The notes under the pieces are model-generated. The model did not search any database, had not been told where the DNA came from, and worked only from the letters and a program-made list of their open reading frames with translations. This document shows, one piece after another, positions 57,617-64,000 of a stretch of 64,000 nt of DNA (position 1 is the first letter of the stretch; every line of letters starts with the position of its first letter). Both the position numbers and the translations under genes were made by a program. The stretch is from a virus. Its lineage: Duplodnaviria; Caudoviricetes. The stretch is taken from positions 1 through 64,000 of the IMG/VR virus record IMGVR_UViG_3300036966_000119. One strand, written 5' to 3'.

Positions 57617-58809
57617 TATTCATCATCCTCCTTACTATCGTTGTCAGAGCCGCCCTTACGAGCTTCCTCTTTCTTACGTTTATATTCAGCCTTAGCATCC
57701 TCTTTATGTTTCTTCTTGATATCCTTCATCTTACCGCGGATTTCTTTATCAGAAACATTCTTGATAGCTTCACGTCTGAGACGCTGTAGATAATCTTCAT
57801 CAGATTCACCATTCTTCTGAGGATTGTTCTTTCTAACTTCGTCTGTGATATATGTGTCAACTGCTTCAAGAGTATCTTCTTCAGATTGTTTCGCTGCTTC
57901 TTTTGCAGCACCACCGAGATTGAAGATGTTCTTTGCAAAATCAACGAACACTGAAACTGAACCAACAGCTCCTGTGATAATTGCATTAAGCTTTGTCATC
58001 TTTCCGGTGAGTTCTGTTGTATTCTTAAGAGCTTCTTGTACCTTTGGATTTTCTTTATCCTTGGCCATATCACGCATCCTAAGCTTTTCAGCCATTTTCT
58101 CAACACCACCAGAGATGAGTGTGAGTTCTCCTGTAAGAGACGTAATATGTTTCAAAGCATCACCCAATGCTTCAAAACCTCCCTCGAATATGTCACTTGT
58201 TGTGACATCTTTGTTGCCGTGTATAAGTTTATCGATATCGTCGATAAATGAACGAATCTTTGAAGGATTCTCATAATCAAATTCTTTCTCAATTCTGTGA
58301 TATAAATTCAGGGTAGAATTTGTGAGGACCATGAGGTATGTTGTTGTTGCAATGACACTCTTTGAATCCTTCTTAAACTTTATCTTGCCGGTCTTTTCAT
58401 CAATATAACATTCAGCCTTGCCATCGAATTCCTTATTGATTTCTTTGACCTTGGCCTCTTTGTCTTTTTCTTTGTTAAGTTTCTTACCAGCTTCCTTGAT
58501 CTTGTCACCAATGTCGGCATCTTTAAACTTTTTCTTGAGGACGTCAACAAGAGCTTTGATAAGACGAGGTATAAACATTAAAACAGTAACAAGTTTGTTA
58601 CTGTCTTTCTTACCCTCTTTCTTTACCTTATCAAGGACCTGTCCTTCCTGGAATATTGAATCATATTGATCGACATCACCGTCATAGTTTTCCATGATCA
58701 TTGAATATTTTTCAAAGTCAGCTATCATAGCTTCCATAACGGCTATCTCTGAATCCATACAAGATTCATCTATAGAGTCGATAGACTTTAAAACTTCATC
58801 ACGAATCAA
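57616..58809 (-). CDS. Putative head (inner-body-like) protein, paralogue family
   Basis: TTG start after GGAGG; leader IRDEVL.S.D.I.ES...FQEGQV.D then FIPRL, shared with 58880-60160. Confidence 0.6.
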   Translation of the reverse strand: MIRDEVLKSIDSIDESCMDSEIAVMEAMIADFEKYSMIMENYDGDVDQYDSIFQEGQVLDKVKKEGKKDSNKLVTVLMFIPRLIKALVDVLKKKFKDADIGDKIKEAGKKLNKEKDKEAKVKEINKEFDGKAECYIDEKTGKIKFKKDSKSVIATTTYLMVLTNSTLNLYHRIEKEFDYENPSKIRSFIDDIDKLIHGNKDVTTSDIFEGGFEALGDALKHITSLTGELTLISGGVEKMAEKLRMRDMAKDKENPKVQEALKNTTELTGKMTKLNAIITGAVGSVSVFVDFAKNIFNLGGAAKEAAKQSEEDTLEAVDTYITDEVRKNNPQKNGESDEDYLQRLRREAIKNVSDKEIRGKMKDIKKKHKEDAKAEYKRKKEEARKGGSDNDSKEDDE

Positions 58810-58879
58810 AATAAAAACCTCCAATCTTAAATAATATTGGGTGGATATATTTCAATCCACCCATTTGTGTTATTGAATA

Positions 58880-60160
58880 TCATGCTTTCTTTTTCTTCGG
58901 AACAGCCTTATTCATTTCTTTCTTCTCTTTTCTGCTGAGATCAGATCTTGTCTCTTTATCTCCTCCGAAAAGACCCTTATCTGCAAGAGCATGTCTCTTC
59001 TTACCCGAGCTATCTTTCTGGTTCCAAAGAACGTCGCCGCGTTCATCAGAATTCTTGGCAACATCGACATTGATATCCATCTCATCGATTCTTTGTTGCA
59101 TATACTTGATTTTTTCTTCAAGATCAAGAATCTCTTCACGCTTCTTATCAGCATTCTTCTTGTCAGCCTTTGCAGTCTTATACTGCTGCTTGAGAGATTT
59201 AAGCTTGTTCTTCATCTCTCGAGTTTCCTGGCTGTCGTTCTGAAGCTCGATATCTTCCTCAGTGATTTCACCCTTCTTGAACTTACGATACAAAGGACCA
59301 CCGAAGACATATAATGCTTTTGAAATGATATTAAGACCAAAGGTCACACTCATGATATGTTTTGAACTGTTGGATATTTTGTCAAGGAGTTTCTTTGCAG
59401 AAGCCTGTTTTTCAACATTCTTACCATTCTCGAAATCTTCTCTCATCTTCTTTTCAAGAAGCATTGAGAGTTCAGATGTGAGACCACGAACACCCATTGA
59501 TGCTTTGTAGCCATCTGTGTAGAGTTCATAAAGTGTATCGACAGAGCAGTAGAATGTTTCTGAGTCAAGATCTTTCTTTCCCCTGAGGACGTCTGCAAGC
59601 TCTTTTACCATAGCATCATATTGTGTTTCACCACCCTTAAGTCTTGTTATAAATTTACTGAATAAAGATGGGAATGATGATATGATATATATTGAATTTC
59701 TTATGTGCTTCAGACCACGTTTAAGGACGAACTCTTTCTTGTTTGGATCAAAACCAAGATTGTCTTCTGTTGCTTTCTCAACCATTCCAGAAGCTGATGT
59801 CAGCTGTTGTGCATTTGCCGAAGCAATAACGTTCTTTGCAAGTTCGGAATTTTTAGCAATATCAGCCTCGTTGTTCTTTTTGAACAAGGAAGTTATTGCA
59901 TTAAAGATTCCCTGGAAGAGACGTGGTATGAATGCGATTAATTTCATTAATCCATTTTCAATTTTACCTTTACCGGTAGCTGTATCCCATACCTGTCCTT
60001 CCTGATAGATGTAATAATCATCTTCTGCATTATCCATCATCACAGAAATCTTTTCATATTCCTGAATGACAGAACAGAACACAGCCAGAATGGATTGATC
60101 AACACTTTCGTTTATGAGGTCTAAAGAACTTAAAACCTCATCACGAATTTCTTCATTCAT
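58880..60160 (-). CDS. Putative head (inner-body-like) protein, paralogue family
   Basis: Leader IRDEVLSSLDLINES...YQEGQVWD, FIPRL; Lys-rich coiled-coil tail. Confidence 0.6.
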   Translation of the reverse strand: MNEEIRDEVLSSLDLINESVDQSILAVFCSVIQEYEKISVMMDNAEDDYYIYQEGQVWDTATGKGKIENGLMKLIAFIPRLFQGIFNAITSLFKKNNEADIAKNSELAKNVIASANAQQLTSASGMVEKATEDNLGFDPNKKEFVLKRGLKHIRNSIYIISSFPSLFSKFITRLKGGETQYDAMVKELADVLRGKKDLDSETFYCSVDTLYELYTDGYKASMGVRGLTSELSMLLEKKMREDFENGKNVEKQASAKKLLDKISNSSKHIMSVTFGLNIISKALYVFGGPLYRKFKKGEITEEDIELQNDSQETREMKNKLKSLKQQYKTAKADKKNADKKREEILDLEEKIKYMQQRIDEMDINVDVAKNSDERGDVLWNQKDSSGKKRHALADKGLFGGDKETRSDLSRKEKKEMNKAVPKKKKA

Positions 60161-60176
60161 TTACAGCACCTCCTCA

Positions 60177-62447
60177 TTAGAATATTTCTTCATTATCATT
60201 GACCCACTGCTGGAATGACTCAGTAAGAGTTACATTGTTATCCTTGATTATATCCTCAAGGTGTTTATCAAGATTCTCTGCTTCCTTGGGATCAAATGTA
60301 GTTTTGTTGTAAATTGTGTCAATGTTTGCATGGTTAACATTTGAGAAGTTATCCACAATCCACTGACAATATTTCTTGACCTGTGGTTCAAGATTCTTCT
60401 GCTCAAGAAGCTGTTTAGCAACCTTAACACCTGCATGTGTTCTCTCAAGATCTGTTGGATATTTTGAATAGATTGCCTTGGCGAAATCTCCTTCAAGTTT
60501 TGCCAGTTCTGTCAGCTTATCAGTTGAGAAGTCATTAGCAACATACTTATTCTTTGAAGGGCCTACGAAGAAGAACTTAGGAAGCTTATACATTGCTGCA
60601 AAGAGATCACAGTAATACTCTTCATAGAGTTTTGCACTACCATATTTCTTCATCATCTCTATTTCATCGAGGTCTACCGTGAGCATGCCGATACCCATTA
60701 TAGCACCGGCACCAGCTGCAAGACCACCAAAGAGAGCAAGACCACTACCACCGAGACAAGCTGTAAGTACACCGGCCGCAGTTATTACTGCAGGGAATAC
60801 ATACTTAGCCTTTGATGGTGTTGCTTTACTAATAGCTTTCTTGTAAGCCTTGATCATCTGGTCAGCATACTTGTCTGCATCTCCTACAGATCTCATTGCC
60901 TTTGGATTACCATCAACTGCAGCAAGAGTTGTGAGCTGTTTAACCATTCTCTTCTTTGCTGCCTTATTGATCAAATTATTACCAGACAATTCGTCGATTG
61001 TGTCAACATAATTTGTTATGATAACACGCTTCTCCTCAGGAGTCTTTGCAGCTGCTGCAAGATTCAGAGTCATTGCAAGAGACATACCTGCTGTCGCATT
61101 AGCATGTCTGAGAACAGATGCGATGTTGTGGAATATTTCATGACATAATGTAGAAACCATGTTCTGACCGAAAAGCTCTATATCATTAGGAGCAGAGCTT
61201 TCGAGATAATGGTTGTATATGAATATATCTACAGGAAGACCTCCAAGCTGGAATCCCTTAGATTTTGATATAGTCATCTTCTTCTTTATATCATTGAAAG
61301 TCTGTGTTGCCGCATTCTCATATCTACCTGGTTTTGTCTGGATGAATCTAAGATTGATTCTGCAATCAAACTGTTTGTTCAGACAGTCAATTGCTTTCTC
61401 AAAGTTAGGATCATGAACAAACTCGGTGAGGTTCATCTGCTTGGCATTCTCCTGGTTTTCACGAGCAGCGTTGAAGTAATCAACTGCTTTGAGAATTGCC
61501 TTGTTATCAAACTTCATATATTTGATATCAGATGTACGAACCTTTTTCTTCTTGTCATCATCTTCTGTCTTAGATTCCATTACAACAGAATCTATTGGCT
61601 TAACAAAGTCAAAGCCGTGTTTACGAAGAAGATCATAACCGAGGTGAGTTGTATTACCCATCTTTGAACACATATTGACATGATATGCAGATTCCTGGAT
61701 ATTCTCGGCGATATCATTTACCTCAGCATTTGAAGTAACATCTCCGGCAATATCATCAGCAGATGCATTCATATCAATTGCTTCTTCATCTTCATCGTTG
61801 AAGTATTCTTGTGGAGCATTACTACCTCCTGGGACATATGTGGGAATTGTATTAGAAGCACGGAGTTCTTCTACCTTTGCTATTGCAGCAGGTGTATTGG
61901 GCATATCAACTAAACCAGTATCATATGCCAGAATCTCTCCACCTTCCTCATCCTCATATCTACCAATGCACTTACCCTTTGCAGGATTGGCATTCTTTAT
62001 AGCAGTATCAATACGACCCTGTTCAATGTTTCCCATCTGGTAATCATTGAGCTTATCATCGATTCTCTGAGAGATGTAATCAAGAACACCTCCAACAGCC
62101 TGAATGATTGGCTTAGTCTGATTCTTAGCTTCTATAGGAGGAGCAATGATATTATCGTTCTGGACTCTTATTCCTGTAGCATTGGGATCTGCGATAATGT
62201 TTGTTGATGGAATACCATACATTGCACCAACACATTCAAGTGCAGTTATAAGATCTGCAGATTCGGACACAGCTTTCGCAACCTTCTGCTGTACCGCATT
62301 TGCTTTTGCCTTAACAGCAGCATCATTTGATGGTGTTGAAGGTGTTGAAGGTGTTGGCTGATTTGTCTGGATGGTTTTTGCTGCAGTAGATGGCTGACTT
62401 GTACCAGGTGTTGAATCTATTCCCAAAGCTTCCTGTATAGTTTTCAT
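60177..62447 (-). CDS. Zincin-like metallopeptidase, probably virion-associated
   Basis: LCHEIFH, EEYYCD..A, YP...ER motifs; Gly/Ala hydrophobic hairpin; start MKTIQE. Confidence 0.65.
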   Translation of the reverse strand: MKTIQEALGIDSTPGTSQPSTAAKTIQTNQPTPSTPSTPSNDAAVKAKANAVQQKVAKAVSESADLITALECVGAMYGIPSTNIIADPNATGIRVQNDNIIAPPIEAKNQTKPIIQAVGGVLDYISQRIDDKLNDYQMGNIEQGRIDTAIKNANPAKGKCIGRYEDEEGGEILAYDTGLVDMPNTPAAIAKVEELRASNTIPTYVPGGSNAPQEYFNDEDEEAIDMNASADDIAGDVTSNAEVNDIAENIQESAYHVNMCSKMGNTTHLGYDLLRKHGFDFVKPIDSVVMESKTEDDDKKKKVRTSDIKYMKFDNKAILKAVDYFNAARENQENAKQMNLTEFVHDPNFEKAIDCLNKQFDCRINLRFIQTKPGRYENAATQTFNDIKKKMTISKSKGFQLGGLPVDIFIYNHYLESSAPNDIELFGQNMVSTLCHEIFHNIASVLRHANATAGMSLAMTLNLAAAAKTPEEKRVIITNYVDTIDELSGNNLINKAAKKRMVKQLTTLAAVDGNPKAMRSVGDADKYADQMIKAYKKAISKATPSKAKYVFPAVITAAGVLTACLGGSGLALFGGLAAGAGAIMGIGMLTVDLDEIEMMKKYGSAKLYEEYYCDLFAAMYKLPKFFFVGPSKNKYVANDFSTDKLTELAKLEGDFAKAIYSKYPTDLERTHAGVKVAKQLLEQKNLEPQVKKYCQWIVDNFSNVNHANIDTIYNKTTFDPKEAENLDKHLEDIIKDNNVTLTESFQQWVNDNEEIF

Positions 62448-62466
62448 ATAATATGACCTCCTTTCA

Positions 62467-63999
62467 TCATGCATTTATAGGCGCAGGTCCACCGTTGTTT
62501 GCGGGAGCCTGTGCCTGTTCAGCATTTGTATTAGTTGTATTATTTGCAGCAGGCTGTTGTTGTGTATTATTCTGCTGCTTGTAGCCTATAATGATATCTC
62601 TGTAGAGAGAATATCTGCTTGCGAAAAATTTAGAACCGATAGACACAAGTATCTGTCTGTCGTAAATGCTTGAAACTGTTTCAACCATCTTTGATACTTC
62701 GTCACAACGTTTCTTCAGAGCATCGTTGTTTGACTGCTGTGCTTCAGCCATCTTTTCCTTGACAGCCTGACCGGCTTCTTCAGCAGTCTTTGCGAGACCT
62801 TCTGAAGCTTTCTTAACAAATTCTGTGCAATTCTTAAGATCGTTTACAAGCTTATCCCATTCCTTCTGCTCCATCTTTCCTGAGAAGTTCTTAATAGGTT
62901 CAGCTGTTCCTGTAAGGAAGTAATTAACGATTGCATCAGTTAACTGTGATGCATTTTTCTTAGGATCGTTTGTTGTAGTAGCATTAGCGTTCTTCTGGAT
63001 TGCAGCGGCTGTGTTATTATCGATACCAAGAAGTCTAAAGGACTCGTTTGTTGCATTGAATTCGTTTGAAGGATTCAGAAGATTAAGTACATCATTCTTT
63101 GACATACCCTTAGTGAAACGAGATGCATCTTTAGTATCAATACCATACATTGGAATATTTGTCAAGTTAGGAACGAATGTTCCATCGGCTATTGCCTTGC
63201 TGACACCCTGGTTGATCTGATCATTCTTATTAACCTCATCGATGTACTGTTTGTACTTCTTTTCGAAGTTACCTGAGAATTTAGCAAGCTGATTTTTAAT
63301 CCAGTCAAGAAGTTTGCTTATTGTATTAGAAACAACTCCCTGTTGTTTGTTATTATTATTACCATTCAGCTGCTGACCCTGAGCATTTGTAAATGTAACA
63401 CCAGACTTATTATTCGGATTATTATTGTTTGCAGGAGCATCAGCTTCCATGATGAATGATTCCATGCATACAAATCCTGGTGCAGCGGCATCGGGCATGT
63501 TGTCATCGTATGTGAATACTCGTGTATTATTGTAATACAGTCTGAGCATGTTTCTTGTCATGATCTCACCGAGTAATACGAGTATGTCTTTTGTGATATC
63601 ATAATTCTCGATTGGATTTCCATCCCTGTAATTATTGATAATACTCTTCATTGCTCCAGCAACACGAATGAGGTTGTTTGCAAGATCTTTGTTTGTCTTG
63701 AGGTCACATCCGCCGTATACACGATACAACATATCCAATGCATTTGTTATTGGATGAACCTTGTTGTTACCCATTGCATCACGACGATAGTTTCCATCAA
63801 GATAATTATTACCGAATGCGATTGTATCAAGCCAATCTACATTTGTTTTGAAGCAGTCATTCTCACGAGGAGTTGCATCTGCTCTGTCGGAATTTCTCTT
63901 GTAATACTCATCATGATCGAAATCATGATTCATACCAACAAACATCTTTGCGATGAAAGAGGCGTCGTACGGAGACACATTATCGTCAGCATACTTACC
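62467..63999 (-). CDS. 5'-partial putative virion protein
   Basis: Frame open to window edge; internal MESFIMEA site followed by N/Q-rich linker and LLDWIK helix. Confidence 0.6.
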   Translation of the reverse strand, partial: GKYADDNVSPYDASFIAKMFVGMNHDFDHDEYYKRNSDRADATPRENDCFKTNVDWLDTIAFGNNYLDGNYRRDAMGNNKVHPITNALDMLYRVYGGCDLKTNKDLANNLIRVAGAMKSIINNYRDGNPIENYDITKDILVLLGEIMTRNMLRLYYNNTRVFTYDDNMPDAAAPGFVCMESFIMEADAPANNNNPNNKSGVTFTNAQGQQLNGNNNNKQQGVVSNTISKLLDWIKNQLAKFSGNFEKKYKQYIDEVNKNDQINQGVSKAIADGTFVPNLTNIPMYGIDTKDASRFTKGMSKNDVLNLLNPSNEFNATNESFRLLGIDNNTAAAIQKNANATTTNDPKKNASQLTDAIVNYFLTGTAEPIKNFSGKMEQKEWDKLVNDLKNCTEFVKKASEGLAKTAEEAGQAVKEKMAEAQQSNNDALKKRCDEVSKMVETVSSIYDRQILVSIGSKFFASRYSLYRDIIIGYKQQNNTQQQPAANNTTNTNAEQAQAPANNGGPAPINA

Positions 64000-64000
64000 A

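Overview
AT-rich (~1/3 GC) 64-kb segment of a jumbo bacteriophage of the phiKZ/AR9-PBS1-like supergroup. The host is probably an anaerobic Firmicute (inferred from the amidase, SleB-type hydrolase, NrdD-like peptide, BspA LRRs and strong AAGGAGG RBSs). It encodes pieces of a split multisubunit RNA polymerase (beta C-terminus, beta' C-terminal subunit), a split family-B DNA polymerase subunit, GyrA/ParC, ThyX, a DHH phosphoesterase, an SF2 helicase frameshifted in Walker A, lysis genes, tail-fibre-like genes and a family of head proteins with a shared leader. Most striking: (1) Three BspA-type LRR proteins. Two have 69-bp repeats built combinatorially from shared sequence modules, and a 99-bp exact direct repeat could swap a third, apparently silent LRR gene into the expressed operon, suggesting a receptor-diversification and cassette-switching system. 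(2) A tandem-HNH endonuclease lying between two synonymously recoded copies of the RNAP beta 3' end, beside a nuclease-less paralogue. (3) A GGG-UAA +1 frameshift site in the helicase Walker A. (4) A stand-alone NrdD glycyl-radical tail. (5) A 500-bp hairpin-dense non-coding block. Two promoter-like motif classes and many GC-hairpin terminators are visible. No tRNA, rRNA, CRISPR array or reverse transcriptase was recognised. All calls come from reading motifs by eye; no database searches were run.
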